A stretch of 64,000 nucleotides of DNA from IMG/VR virus record IMGVR_UViG_3300026484_000295, positions 1 to 64,000 of that record. One strand, 5' to 3'. Shown piece after piece: positions 18,833 through 29,403 of this stretch. The position numbers were made by a program, and so were the translations under genes. The notes under the pieces are model-generated. The model was not told the DNA's origin. It ran no database searches and saw only the letters and a list, made by a program, of their open reading frames with translations. The stretch's first letter is position 1. Each line of letters opens with the position of its first letter. Origin of the DNA: a virus.

Positions 18833-19483
18833 TTAAATATTTTGATTGATATTATCATCAGCAATATTCTCATTAAATCTATCAATTAATGATTGTTGGT
18901 AACTATCCAATGAATCTGAAACAAAATAATCGATAGCAATTTGTTCAGATTCTATTTTAGCATTATTTATCAATCTAGTATAATCATCTTTTATATTTTG
19001 AAGTGACCAATCTTCTAATAACTTAGCATTGACATTATTGATATACTTTAATATTAAATTATCAGTTTCTTGCTTTTTATAAAAATCGGTAATAAGGTTC
19101 CCACCAAGAATATCCTTAGATATTTCAGCTAAGTTTTTTCCTTCTAAAGTTGCAGCATTCACGTTACTAAGATCAACTAATGGATACCACCAAAACGTAC
19201 CATCGGTCGGTACATTCCCTTTATTCTGATTTTGTTTTGATACGTACATCGATCCATTATAACCAACAATATCATCGACTAAATACTTATATTCAGAATC
19301 CCACACGGCAACCTTTACACCTGAGGTAGTATCTGTTGTACTTGTATTACTATCCATCACAACAGTACCATCTGAACTTTGAATACGGGATATATACCAT
19401 TGCCCATCATCCCAGTCAAGTATAATTTTTGCTTCTTGTGCCATATCTGGTATTACAATATTGAGATTCGTTTCATCTGCCAT
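18833..19483 (-). CDS. Virion protein with carbohydrate-binding (ChtBD3/CBM5-12-like) motif
   Basis: WDSEYKYLVDDIVGYNGSMY...N.GNVP...WW. Confidence 0.5.
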   Translation of the reverse strand: MADETNLNIVIPDMAQEAKIILDWDDGQWYISRIQSSDGTVVMDSNTSTTDTTSGVKVAVWDSEYKYLVDDIVGYNGSMYVSKQNQNKGNVPTDGTFWWYPLVDLSNVNAATLEGKNLAEISKDILGGNLITDFYKKQETDNLILKYINNVNAKLLEDWSLQNIKDDYTRLINNAKIESEQIAIDYFVSDSLDSYQQSLIDRFNENIADDNINQNI

Positions 19484-19580
19484 ATTTTTGCACCTCATTA
19501 ATTATTTCTATTATTTATTACTAACATTAATATTTTTGTATAATGTTTAAGATATTCAATAAAGTAAAAGGTATATTAGT

Positions 19581-20114
19581 GTGGCAAAACGTAAAAGCAT
19601 AAAAAAGAAAATTCTAAATAAGCCAAGACCATTAGCTCAAACATATATTGAAGATATTTTTGACTTTGAAAATATAGAAAATAAAGATGAAATTGTTATA
19701 GAAAACAACATTGATTCAATCGATAAAAAATTAATTTCAGAAGAGGAATTATTAAATAATAAACAATTTAACTACAAATTGGATGTTATTATTTCGAGAA
19801 TCGAATTTGAAAAATCTTTTGCATTTCTTTTTGATTATATTAAAAGTAGCCAATTATATCAAATATATCATATTGATGAAAAAAGAGATGAATATGATAT
19901 AATATTAGATAAAATTAGCCTTCATTATATTAAACGATTAGCTAAAATAAATTTAAATTATAATGAATATAAAAATATTTTATTTTATTTTGATAATCTT
20001 AAAACATTATATGGATTATTTAAAAGAGCTTCTATTAATGAAAAAGAGAAACTTAATAAAATACTAAAGAAAATTAATAGCATGCATGACTATGTCAGTA
20101 GATTATTATTTTAA
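19581..20114 (+). CDS. Hypothetical protein
   Basis: 177-aa ORF, GTG start. Confidence 0.65.
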   Translation: MAKRKSIKKKILNKPRPLAQTYIEDIFDFENIENKDEIVIENNIDSIDKKLISEEELLNNKQFNYKLDVIISRIEFEKSFAFLFDYIKSSQLYQIYHIDEKRDEYDIILDKISLHYIKRLAKINLNYNEYKNILFYFDNLKTLYGLFKRASINEKEKLNKILKKINSMHDYVSRLLF

Positions 20115-20155
20115 AAATATAAGATTGTATAATTATAATATAAAATGGAGGATGT

Positions 20156-20959
20156 ATGAGTAAATTAGAAGAATTAATTAATGAATTAACAGACGATGAA
20201 CTTGAATATTTGCAAGAAACAGTATTTACTGAAGATGGGGAAGTCATATCAAAAAAAGATTTTGAAAAGATACTACATTATGAAACGACCATGGAATCAC
20301 AGCAAGACGCCGTACAATTCGCTCTTAAAATCAACCTTAATAGTATCTATGGAGTTCAAATTATGCCACATTTTAAATTTGCTGATGAATGGCAAGCATT
20401 AGGTGCTTCAACCACTTTAACAGGAAGAATTTTATCAAAATACGGACTTATTGAAACCATAGAGCAATTTTTTAATCCTGAAAGAGAAAGTAGATTCGAA
20501 TTTCCATTACTTGATAATATTATTGTTGCTGCCGATGATGATGAATTCTTTGAAAATCCAGAATCACAAAAATTAAGAAGTGCAGTAATTTCCGATACTG
20601 ATAGTGTAACAAAAGATGCAACAATTGAAACGGATTTATTCGGCGTTATTAGATTTGATGATTTAGAGACAAAAGCATCACATATTACAACCGAAAACAA
20701 TAAAGAATATTTTTATTTTGATACTCCATTACAGGTTACAAATTATATTGACAATAAAGTAGTTTTTGATGAAGTTCAATATCTATATGCGCATAAAGTT
20801 GAGAAGGAAGTTTTTAAAATAGAATTAGAGGATGGCAGTTCGATTAAAGTAACTGAAGACCACTCTATAATGGTTTTAGATGAGAATGGAGAACCAACTA
20901 TTAAAAAGAAACCATCAGAATTATCAGTAGATGATATATGTATGGTTTACAATAAATAG
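20156..20959 (+). CDS. Family B DNA polymerase middle fragment (motif B to DTD of motif C) fused to split intein N-half
   Basis: QFALKINLNSIYG (motif B), TLTGR, SDTD|SV; IntN aa150-267 (from nt 20603) with IKVTEDHS block B. Confidence 0.92.
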   Translation: MSKLEELINELTDDELEYLQETVFTEDGEVISKKDFEKILHYETTMESQQDAVQFALKINLNSIYGVQIMPHFKFADEWQALGASTTLTGRILSKYGLIETIEQFFNPERESRFEFPLLDNIIVAADDDEFFENPESQKLRSAVISDTDSVTKDATIETDLFGVIRFDDLETKASHITTENNKEYFYFDTPLQVTNYIDNKVVFDEVQYLYAHKVEKEVFKIELEDGSSIKVTEDHSIMVLDENGEPTIKKKPSELSVDDICMVYNK

Positions 20960-20967
20960 GGCAAGTT

Positions 20968-21684
20968 ATGTTTAAATGTATGTGTGGTAAGACATATAAA
21001 ACTGAAAAAGGACACTTAAATCATATATCATCTTGCAAATATAATAATATAGATTTAAAAAAAATTTATAGATTAGGTCTTATTATCCATGAAAATAATA
21101 AATTCTTATTCCATGTACACTTTGGGAAAATTAATAAATTGAAAAAAGAAAGTAATTATACTAAAAGTGAAGCTGAGGAAATATTACTAAAAGAAAATAT
21201 TTTTAAATATCGAAAATCACTTTGGGATATATTAGAAATATGGCAAGATGAATTATTGCCAAGTGAATATCGAATATTTACAGGATGGGCATTTAAAACA
21301 TATAAAGATATTACATTATTATCTTTAAAAAATACTCTTGGTAACACAAAAGTAATTTATCGTTTTAATTTAGAAAATACAAATAAGATGATTAAAAAAC
21401 GTATAGATGATAGCTTACTATATATTCACAGTAATAAGACCTTTTATAATGATTTTGATTTTGTAGAAGCTTTAATTACTGGAAATATTTCCATGTATTA
21501 TGTTCTATTCAATGATTGGCTTGCATCAGAATGGTTTGGACGTTTGGAATCAGATTTACAACATGAATTAGAATATTATGTGTCCATAGCTTCTAAAATT
21601 ATTATCGAACGTTTATCACACAATGAATTTGATGAATTGCAACAATTAGCAAATTCAGACACTCCAATAATTTATGCGATGTAA
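20968..21684 (+). CDS. C2H2-like zinc-finger protein
   Basis: FKCMCGKTYKTEKGHLNHISSC. Confidence 0.6.
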   Translation: MFKCMCGKTYKTEKGHLNHISSCKYNNIDLKKIYRLGLIIHENNKFLFHVHFGKINKLKKESNYTKSEAEEILLKENIFKYRKSLWDILEIWQDELLPSEYRIFTGWAFKTYKDITLLSLKNTLGNTKVIYRFNLENTNKMIKKRIDDSLLYIHSNKTFYNDFDFVEALITGNISMYYVLFNDWLASEWFGRLESDLQHELEYYVSIASKIIIERLSHNEFDELQQLANSDTPIIYAM

Positions 21685-22117
21685 TATGAAATATGTATCC
21701 GGTGAATCTATATATACATGGTTTTTTAATATGTCAGGTGAACTCAAATATCATAAAGCAATAATAGAAAATTATGAATATATGGATGGAATGCAATGGG
21801 AAGTAATCGATACTTATAAATGCTACTATTTAAAACCTGAAAAAAAATTTTATATATTCACAAAACATAAAAGAAACTATATAAGAGTACAGGGACATAT
21901 GATACACAAGGATAAGCTAACAGCTAAGATCATTTTCTTACAATCAATTTTAAAAAAATTCGAAATAAATACATCAACAAGCGAAGAATTAAAAGTTATA
22001 ATTAATTATGCAAGTAACACTCTTAGTCAATATCTTAATAAATACCCTGAAAAGATTTTAGCGGCTTTACAAGTATCTAAAATAACTGATTCGTCAGATT
22101 TTTCTATTTGGAGATAA
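21674..22117 (+). CDS. Hypothetical protein
   Basis: 147-aa ORF in operon. Confidence 0.65.
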   Translation: MRCNMKYVSGESIYTWFFNMSGELKYHKAIIENYEYMDGMQWEVIDTYKCYYLKPEKKFYIFTKHKRNYIRVQGHMIHKDKLTAKIIFLQSILKKFEINTSTSEELKVIINYASNTLSQYLNKYPEKILAALQVSKITDSSDFSIWR

Positions 22118-22623
22118 TTATGGGAATGTATGACACCTTTGAAGTTAATAAGACAATAACATGTCCTCATTGTTCTAAAAATTTTCAATTGACACAAGGA
22201 TTACAAAGTAAGAATTTTGAAAAAGTATTAGAATACTACGAAATCGGTGATTTTATTGAATACGATGATAAATCATATATCACCGGCGAATATGATTGGT
22301 GCCCACATTGTAATAATACAGTCGATTTATATATTGGTATATACAAAGGTATTTATATTGGTATAGAACAAAATAAAGATATTATTAATGAAAAAATAGC
22401 TAATGTAGATATACTAAATTTTTATAAAAAATCATTTAAAAAATATAAGGAAACAGATATAAAATATCGTAAAATATATAATAGTATATCAAATACTATT
22501 GAACTTTTTAGTAAATCAAATAAAAATAAATTTATGTTAGGACTATTGTTGACTAAAGAAGATGTATTTGATTATAGTATTATTACTACATTAAAAAATA
22601 TTATTAATAAATTTAAAGGATAA
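22108..22623 (+). CDS. Zinc-ribbon protein
   Basis: MGMYD...CPHC...QSK...CPHC. Confidence 0.65.
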   Translation: MEIIMGMYDTFEVNKTITCPHCSKNFQLTQGLQSKNFEKVLEYYEIGDFIEYDDKSYITGEYDWCPHCNNTVDLYIGIYKGIYIGIEQNKDIINEKIANVDILNFYKKSFKKYKETDIKYRKIYNSISNTIELFSKSNKNKFMLGLLLTKEDVFDYSIITTLKNIINKFKG

Positions 22624-22678
22624 TTTAAGCAAATTTTCTTTATAATTTGTAAATTAATTAAAAAGAAGGATTAAAATA

Positions 22679-23233
22679 ATGATTGGAGCATTAAAAACAT
22701 TAGGAACTGTATTAACAATTGCGTCGACTGCATCATTTGGCAAAGACCTTTATGATAAACATAAAGATAAAAAAAGAGCCAGACAAATTAATGAGGTACA
22801 TAATTTTATTAGTTCATTAGATTTAGAAGCTTTACAAGATGCAATCGAAAGTAAAAATGAAGAAGCACTTATTGATGCAGTTGAGGACATAATTATAGCT
22901 GCTGAAACTGTAAAAAGTAAATCAGAATTAGAAGAACTAGCAGAAGATGCACAAGAATTAGCCACAAATATCATAGATAAAGTGTCTAAGGTAACATCTA
23001 CTGTTATAGATAAAGTCCAAGATAAAATTAATGATTATGAATTAGAAAAAGATATTGATCGTCCCACATATAAAGAATTTAAAAAATTAAAAAAACCTCT
23101 TGCCCTATATGCTAATGATGGTACACAATATATAATAACAGTAGATATGGTTAATGTATTTACTAATAACAAAACTAAGTCCGTAACTTACATTGTAGAT
23201 CCAAATGAAAGTATTATAGAAAAATTAGATTAA
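22679..23233 (+). CDS. Hypothetical protein
   Basis: 184 aa; TTTAAG-N11-TATAAT promoter at about 22625-22647; AAGGA SD. Confidence 0.75.
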   Translation: MIGALKTLGTVLTIASTASFGKDLYDKHKDKKRARQINEVHNFISSLDLEALQDAIESKNEEALIDAVEDIIIAAETVKSKSELEELAEDAQELATNIIDKVSKVTSTVIDKVQDKINDYELEKDIDRPTYKEFKKLKKPLALYANDGTQYIITVDMVNVFTNNKTKSVTYIVDPNESIIEKLD

Positions 23234-24372
23234 TGTTTAATTTTTCTACGCTTACCGATACCAATATTAGCTAATTTAGATTTTAATGTTAAATTGGTAT
23301 CCCCTGTTACTACACCATTCATTATCATATCGTAGGTTTCTAACCATCCAAATTTTTCAAAACTTTCACCCACATCCTTTGCAGGAGATGTAAATTTTGG
23401 ATATGAAACAACCCATTCAGGAATATTAGCTTTCAATACCGCTTTACCTAATTCCAATCCTTTTAAATCTGTATCCCACTTAAAATTTATTTTATCTTTA
23501 TCTAAAACAAACATAAGTTTCTTTTTTTGAAAATTAAAAGATTTTAAAATTTCCATTTGCTCATGAGTTATATTTTTAGATAAAACAGCCATACCATCAA
23601 AAATCCATGCATCAACTAAAGATTCTGTTATAAAAATCTGTTTAATATCTTCTGATTTAAATAACTTATCAAGCCCATAAATTATTCTCCCACGATCATT
23701 ATAATCCTCATCCGAAGGAGGATATAAATATTTGGTTTTTGTGGGAAAAAGTGCTCTTGCAGCAAATGAAATAAGTTTTCCATCAAAATAAATTGGGAAA
23801 ATTAATCTATTACTATAATCCCCTTCCAAACAAATAAATAATTCTTTAGAGGACGATATATCTTCCAAACCATGATTTTTAAGGTATTCTTTAGCTTTTT
23901 TTCTATTTTCAATAAATCTTTTTCTATATTGTATTGATATTTTATCTTTTTTCATCTTCAAGTTAATCGACACATCAGGTAATTCAATTTCCTTATATGT
24001 TATAAGTTCTATTTTATCATCATCAACTTCATCTTTTAATTCTTCTTGATCTTTTAATTCAGCTTTTGGAAATAATTTCTCTTTTTTAATTTCAAGAAGA
24101 ATAGCTCCTACTTTTTTCCATGCTGATTTTGATATAAAATTAGCTAAAGTATTAATATTTGAGCCAGTAAATCTATGTTTTCGACCACAATTAAAACATT
24201 GAAATCCTATTTCATCATGCTGAAATAAAAAGTGACTTCTTGGATTTTTACTACGACCATCATGACAATATGGACAACCTGTTAAGTTTTGTCGCCACCC
24301 TTTCGATGATGTATTACCCATTCTAAAATATTGAGTTATAAATCCTTCCTGTTTAATCCCGTAATTTATCAC
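23230..24372 (-). CDS. DNA primase (T4 gp61-like)
   Basis: CPYCHDG...CFNCG Zn finger; RLIFP; ARAL...KY; TOPRIM FITES..DA, DKD, KDVGE. Confidence 0.88.
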   Translation of the reverse strand: MINYGIKQEGFITQYFRMGNTSSKGWRQNLTGCPYCHDGRSKNPRSHFLFQHDEIGFQCFNCGRKHRFTGSNINTLANFISKSAWKKVGAILLEIKKEKLFPKAELKDQEELKDEVDDDKIELITYKEIELPDVSINLKMKKDKISIQYRKRFIENRKKAKEYLKNHGLEDISSSKELFICLEGDYSNRLIFPIYFDGKLISFAARALFPTKTKYLYPPSDEDYNDRGRIIYGLDKLFKSEDIKQIFITESLVDAWIFDGMAVLSKNITHEQMEILKSFNFQKKKLMFVLDKDKINFKWDTDLKGLELGKAVLKANIPEWVVSYPKFTSPAKDVGESFEKFGWLETYDMIMNGVVTGDTNLTLKSKLANIGIGKRRKIKH

Positions 24373-24700
24373 TTAATTCCTTTAATATATCTGCTAATTT
24401 ATTTTTTAAATATTTCTTATATTTTACAATTTTAGTCATTTTCTCAAACTTCCCAGAGATAATTTTTTTATCAGTTATAGAAAATTTAATCTTTGATAAA
24501 GAATCTGTATTTTCAAACGTTACAACTGATTTAATAAAGGACCAGGATACAATTACATAATTATATCCCTCTATTTCAAAAACACCAAAACGATATAAAC
24601 TTTTAGTATTTTTATTAATTTTTTTATGATTGATGTCGATACCTGATAAAATTAAAGCATTTATTAAAGTATCGAGGTATTTTTTATCTTTCTCAGTCAT
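24353..24700 (-). CDS. Hypothetical protein
   Basis: 115-aa ORF in operon. Confidence 0.65.
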   Translation of the reverse strand: MTEKDKKYLDTLINALILSGIDINHKKINKNTKSLYRFGVFEIEGYNYVIVSWSFIKSVVTFENTDSLSKIKFSITDKKIISGKFEKMTKIVKYKKYLKNKLADILKELSDKLRD

Positions 24701-25023
24701 ACACTTCCTTCTTTTATTTTAAGTAAATGTGAATTATTTCCCGAACCCATTATCATAAAAGCTATTTCAGGATAGTCTTTATCAAAATTTGAAATTAATC
24801 TATTTTTTGCTATTAAACTTAAAGGTGTCAAATCTAAAATTAAATGTTCTTCATTAGTATATAGCATATCAAATATATCATATTTTTTTAATACTATGTC
24901 GGTTAATACAATTAAAATATAATCATTAAAACGTTCTAAAAATTTAGCATTATCAATCATTATATTCTTTATATCATTAGATATTGTATTAAGGGTATGC
25001 CTTTTAATTTCAATTATTAACAT
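24697..25023 (-). CDS. Hypothetical protein
   Basis: 108-aa ORF in operon. Confidence 0.65.
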   Translation of the reverse strand: MLIIEIKRHTLNTISNDIKNIMIDNAKFLERFNDYILIVLTDIVLKKYDIFDMLYTNEEHLILDLTPLSLIAKNRLISNFDKDYPEIAFMIMGSGNNSHLLKIKEGSV

Positions 25024-25024
25024 T

Positions 25025-25483
25025 TTAATACATTATATTATGTTGAATTTTATGAAGATCAATTATACCTTTAACTTTCCAATCAAATGCAGACAATTCC
25101 TTTTCCTTTGTCTGCATGGCATGAATAGTTTGTTCCATTTTACGTAATAATGATTTAGTCGCTTTATATTCTGACAGTTTTCTAATTTCCCGTTCATAGT
25201 CTTTAGTAGTTTTTAATAGTTCGGGAAAACCATCATAATCTTCTGCTATACTGTGAAATTGTTGTGAATGCCATGATTCAAATTCTGTCTCTAAATCAGC
25301 ATACATCAATCTAATCTTAAACATTATCTTTGTAAGTTTTGATTGATGGAAAGATGCAAGAGCGATAGACTCTTGCAATTTTTCAAGATCAATTTTTGGA
25401 TCTAATGAAAAATTCATTATTTCGGTTAGATCATCAAATTCATAATCAGTTAGGACTTCTTGAAGAAATTCTAATTGCGACAT
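25025..25483 (-). CDS. uvsY: Recombination mediator, UvsY-like
   Basis: Helical protein of about 150 aa with LKT.KD..EI and W.VK..ID..K C-terminal pattern. Confidence 0.55.
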   Translation of the reverse strand: MSQLEFLQEVLTDYEFDDLTEIMNFSLDPKIDLEKLQESIALASFHQSKLTKIMFKIRLMYADLETEFESWHSQQFHSIAEDYDGFPELLKTTKDYEREIRKLSEYKATKSLLRKMEQTIHAMQTKEKELSAFDWKVKGIIDLHKIQHNIMY

Positions 25484-25531
25484 ATACTTTTCCTTATTTT
25501 AAATATAAGGTAATTTTACATTTTTTATTAA

Positions 25532-25867
25532 TTATTCTTCACTAAAATAAGTTACATTTAGATCATCTAATTCAAAACCATAATTTGCAGCAGCTTGTTC
25601 TAAATCTAATACTGTGTAATTTTCACTAGTTTTAACTTTTCTTATTGCTGTTAAAGCATTTGTATGTAGAAAAGTATCAAATGCATCAAACATAAATTGT
25701 TTATCAACTCCTGCTTTTTCTGCGTACGATTCAATAACACTCATTGTAATATCGCCAGGCTTTACGGTTTTATTAATCTCTTTTACAACCTCTTGAAATT
25801 TCTTAGCTTGTTTTTGTAACGAAGCCGTTGTTGATTTGATTGTATTCTTTTTTCTAAACATGAACAT
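25532..25867 (-). CDS. Hypothetical protein
   Basis: 111 aa; GAGG SD. Confidence 0.7.
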   Translation of the reverse strand: MFMFRKKNTIKSTTASLQKQAKKFQEVVKEINKTVKPGDITMSVIESYAEKAGVDKQFMFDAFDTFLHTNALTAIRKVKTSENYTVLDLEQAAANYGFELDDLNVTYFSEE

Positions 25868-25943
25868 ACGATTAATCCTCTCTTTAATATATTTCTTTTA
25901 TTTATTCATTTTTTTGTAAAATATCTCTAAATAAAAATAAGGC

Positions 25944-27311
25944 TTGAAAATGAAAATAATAAACAATGAATTATTTGAAAAACCTAGTTGTAAATTTAAA
26001 TTTCTAGCAAAAGAAGGGTTTAATATACCTAATTTTTATGAAGTTGAATCAACCGATGAAATTTTTGTTATATATAAAAATTATACAGAGAGTAAACGCG
26101 AGAGCTTATCTTATGATATAGATGGGTTAGTTGAAGAAATTAACGATTATGAAATTCAAGAAAAATTAGGCTATGAACCAAATGGTTTAAATCCAAAATT
26201 TGCTACAGCTATAAAATTCGACAGTATATCTAAAAGTACAGAATTAATAGATATAAGATGGACTGTTGGTATGACCGGAAAAATTATTCCTACTGCCATT
26301 TTAAATCCTATAGACATTATGGGAGTAACCATTACCAAAGCATCAATGCATAATTTTGATTATTTAATGGATTATATAAACAAATATAAAATCGGCATTG
26401 GAAGTAAAATGATAGTTGCGAGAAAAGGTGATGTTATACCACAAATAATAGGTGTTGCAAATAATAAAAAATTATCAGATATCCAAATACCTAACTTATG
26501 CCCTATATGTAATGAAAAAATACATAAATTTTCAGTTGATTTGATTTGTGAAAACCCATTTTGCGAAGCTAAAACTAAAGGAATTTTTACTAATTTCTTT
26601 GGTACGTTGGATATAAAAGGACTAAGTGAAAAATTTATAGATAAAGCTATCGAACAATTTAATATTAAAACGATCGATGATCTCATGAAACTTACAATTG
26701 ACGATATAGAATCGCTTGAAGGATTTGCCAGAAAATCAGCAGAAAAAGCGTATAATGCTATTCATAGTGTTAAAGAAGTGAGTCCAGAACAATTCATGGC
26801 ATTATTAAACATACCCAATCAAGGTGTTCGGGTCTTTGAGAATTTATTATCTGAAACCCCAATAGAAAAATTACTAGATCCAAATTTTAAAGCTGAAGAT
26901 TTATTAGATACTAAAGGAATTGCAGAAAAAACAGCTCATGCTATATATGATGGCATCCAAATGAATTTAGAAAGAATACGTGAAAATGCTGAACATTTTA
27001 CTATAATAGTAAAGAAAAATAAAACTCACCATTCTAGTAAAATTACAGGAAAATCTTTTTGTATAACTGGTACATTGAATAAAGGTAAAAGAAAAGATTA
27101 TGAAAATTCAATCAAATCTATGGGAGGTTTAGTTTCTAGTGTTAATAAGTCATTAAATTATTTAGTTACAAATGACCCAGAAACAACTTCTAGTAAAATG
27201 ACTAAGGCATTAAAACTTAATGCAGAATGGCATAACAACGGTGAAGATAGATCAATACAAATAATTAATGAAGATGATTTAATAAATTTAATAGGAGATA
27301 CTAATGAGTAA
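25944..27311 (+). CDS. ligA: NAD-dependent DNA ligase, C-terminal portion only
   Basis: YDIDGLV, PKFATAIKF, VGMTGKIIP, ASMHN, KGDVIP, CPIC..C..C Zn finger, HhH, BRCT (GKSFCITGTL); lacks domain Ia and KxDG. Confidence 0.85.
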   Translation: MKMKIINNELFEKPSCKFKFLAKEGFNIPNFYEVESTDEIFVIYKNYTESKRESLSYDIDGLVEEINDYEIQEKLGYEPNGLNPKFATAIKFDSISKSTELIDIRWTVGMTGKIIPTAILNPIDIMGVTITKASMHNFDYLMDYINKYKIGIGSKMIVARKGDVIPQIIGVANNKKLSDIQIPNLCPICNEKIHKFSVDLICENPFCEAKTKGIFTNFFGTLDIKGLSEKFIDKAIEQFNIKTIDDLMKLTIDDIESLEGFARKSAEKAYNAIHSVKEVSPEQFMALLNIPNQGVRVFENLLSETPIEKLLDPNFKAEDLLDTKGIAEKTAHAIYDGIQMNLERIRENAEHFTIIVKKNKTHHSSKITGKSFCITGTLNKGKRKDYENSIKSMGGLVSSVNKSLNYLVTNDPETTSSKMTKALKLNAEWHNNGEDRSIQIINEDDLINLIGDTNE

Positions 27312-27768
27312 GATGGAAGAAATAGAAGTAAATGAAGCACCAGAAGAGGGATTAACAGATTTACAAGTATATGGTATATCTGGAACTGTTGTACAACTTT
27401 TAGGATTAGTTAAGAAATATTCGATACTTGCACAAATGCAAAAAGAAATAATGAATAAATTACCACAAACACAACCAATAATGAGAGAGATTTATCAATT
27501 TGAGGAAACTAAATTGATAATGGATATTCGTACACAATTTGATATGGTATTTGTTTATACTTTAGATAAAACAATTGTAAATAATTTTCAAATATTGAGA
27601 GATGGATTTGAATCGGCAATTTTATTTTTAACTACAAATTTACAAGATGTTACCAATTTTACAGATAAAAATTATATTGAAATTCTTGATGAATTTACAG
27701 ATAAATTGACTGCTTTAGCTGATGCTATAGCTACAAAATCTATTTACGAATCAAATTTTAAAATTTAA
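27304..27768 (+). CDS. Hypothetical protein
   Basis: 154 aa; AGGAG SD. Confidence 0.75.
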   Translation: MSKMEEIEVNEAPEEGLTDLQVYGISGTVVQLLGLVKKYSILAQMQKEIMNKLPQTQPIMREIYQFEETKLIMDIRTQFDMVFVYTLDKTIVNNFQILRDGFESAILFLTTNLQDVTNFTDKNYIEILDEFTDKLTALADAIATKSIYESNFKI

Positions 27769-27814
27769 TTTTTTTGTAAAATATCAATAATAGAATTATA
27801 AAAGAAGGAAAATA

Positions 27815-28783
27815 ATGAGTAATTTAAAAGACCAAATATGGGTTGCGAAATATGCACCATCAAACTTAAATGAAACTATCATGACCGATGAAATTAAAGA
27901 AAAAATGGAAGATTTTGTTAGAACAAAAAACATTCCTAATCTTCTTTTTGCTGGTCCTGCTGGAACAGGAAAAACAACAACAGGTAAAGTATTATTAGAT
28001 TCATTAGGTGTTGATAGCGGTGATATTATGTTCTTAAATGCGTCTGATGTAAATAGCGTAGATGCTGTAAGGAATATGATTAAGCCATTTGCTATGAGTA
28101 TGAGTATAAATCAAGAACTACCAATCAGATTTGTTTTTCTTGATGAAGCAGATCATTTATCACCTCAGGCACAAGCAGCGTTAAGAAATCTTATCGAATC
28201 TAGTTACAATTCTGCTCGATTTATTTTAACAGCAAATTATCCTAAAAAAATTATTCCTGCTTTACATAGTAGATTACAGGGATTCACTCTAGAAAAACCA
28301 GCTTTAGAGCCTATATTAGAGAGAGTTATAACAATATTAGAAAATGAAGAAGTCGAAATAGAAAATGAAGATGATCTAGTAAGTTTAATTAAAAACAATA
28401 GTACTGATATTAGAAAATTAATTCAATTATTACAACAAAATACTATTGATACAGAAGAAGGTAAAATTCTACGCATAGTTATTAAAGAAAGTGGTGGATC
28501 AAAACTTTTTGATGATTATAGTAAATTATTCTGTAAAGGTGATGCTAAAGCATTGCGAAATTTAGTATTTTCTAAATTTACTGATAGTGATTGTGCTGAA
28601 TTTTGGGATTTAATGGTGGATGATATTATTAAATCACCTGAAAAATACGAGGATGTTGGAGCTGGTCTTGATAATATCATTTATAATTTAAATGAAGGTC
28701 AAAAAACACATGAAATTGTAGCAAACAAACAGTTGAATGTACTAGGATTCACTCTTTTAGCATTAATTGATGAGGAAGAGTAG
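27815..28783 (+). CDS. Clamp loader ATPase subunit (RFC/gp44-like)
   Basis: WVAKYAP, GPAGTGKTT, LNASD, FLDEAD, AQAALR, LHSR. Confidence 0.93.
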   Translation: MSNLKDQIWVAKYAPSNLNETIMTDEIKEKMEDFVRTKNIPNLLFAGPAGTGKTTTGKVLLDSLGVDSGDIMFLNASDVNSVDAVRNMIKPFAMSMSINQELPIRFVFLDEADHLSPQAQAALRNLIESSYNSARFILTANYPKKIIPALHSRLQGFTLEKPALEPILERVITILENEEVEIENEDDLVSLIKNNSTDIRKLIQLLQQNTIDTEEGKILRIVIKESGGSKLFDDYSKLFCKGDAKALRNLVFSKFTDSDCAEFWDLMVDDIIKSPEKYEDVGAGLDNIIYNLNEGQKTHEIVANKQLNVLGFTLLALIDEEE

Positions 28784-28785
28784 TA

Positions 28786-29403
28786 ATGATTTATATCAGT
28801 ATAGATTTAGAAACAACGGGCTTAGATCCAGATACTTGCCAAATTTTAGAATTTGGTGCTGTTTTAGAAGATACTAACAATATCAAACCATTAGATGAAT
28901 TACCAACTTATCATGCATATATCAAACACCCAGGTGGAAATATTTCTGGAAATATATATGCTTTAGATCTTAATAAAGAAATTATTAGTAACCTTAAAAA
29001 TGAAAAAGATCTAAAAGACAAATACAATTTTATAAAAGTTGAAGATTTAGCCGATGATTTTCTTGCATGGTGTAAAATACAAGGATTAGAAATTAAAGAA
29101 AACACATACGATAATAAGACAAACTATTCATGTACTATCAATGTGGCTGGGAAAAATTTTGCTGGATTTGATCGTAAGTTTTTAGAAAACGTACCAGATT
29201 TTACTAAGAAAATACGTATGAGACAAAGAGTAATTGATCCTGCTATTTTATTTATTGATTGGGAAAATGATACTTCGGCTCCACATTTAGAATTATGCAA
29301 ACAAAGGGCAGATATATCTGGAATTGTTACACACTTAGCAGTTGATGACGCAATGGATGTAATTAAATTATTACGAACCCAGTATGCTAATAGACCGAAT
29401 TGA
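28786..29403 (+). CDS. DEDDh 3'-5' exonuclease (DnaQ/oligoribonuclease-like)
   Basis: IDLETTGLD, AGKNFAGFD, HLAVDD. Confidence 0.88.
   Translation: MIYISIDLETTGLDPDTCQILEFGAVLEDTNNIKPLDELPTYHAYIKHPGGNISGNIYALDLNKEIISNLKNEKDLKDKYNFIKVEDLADDFLAWCKIQGLEIKENTYDNKTNYSCTINVAGKNFAGFDRKFLENVPDFTKKIRMRQRVIDPAILFIDWENDTSAPHLELCKQRADISGIVTHLAVDDAMDVIKLLRTQYANRPN

Noticed and set aside
28786-29403. The missing proofreading domain of the split PolB
   Set aside because: It is a DEDDh stand-alone DnaQ/Orn-like protein, not a DEDDy PolB exonuclease, and it lacks motif A
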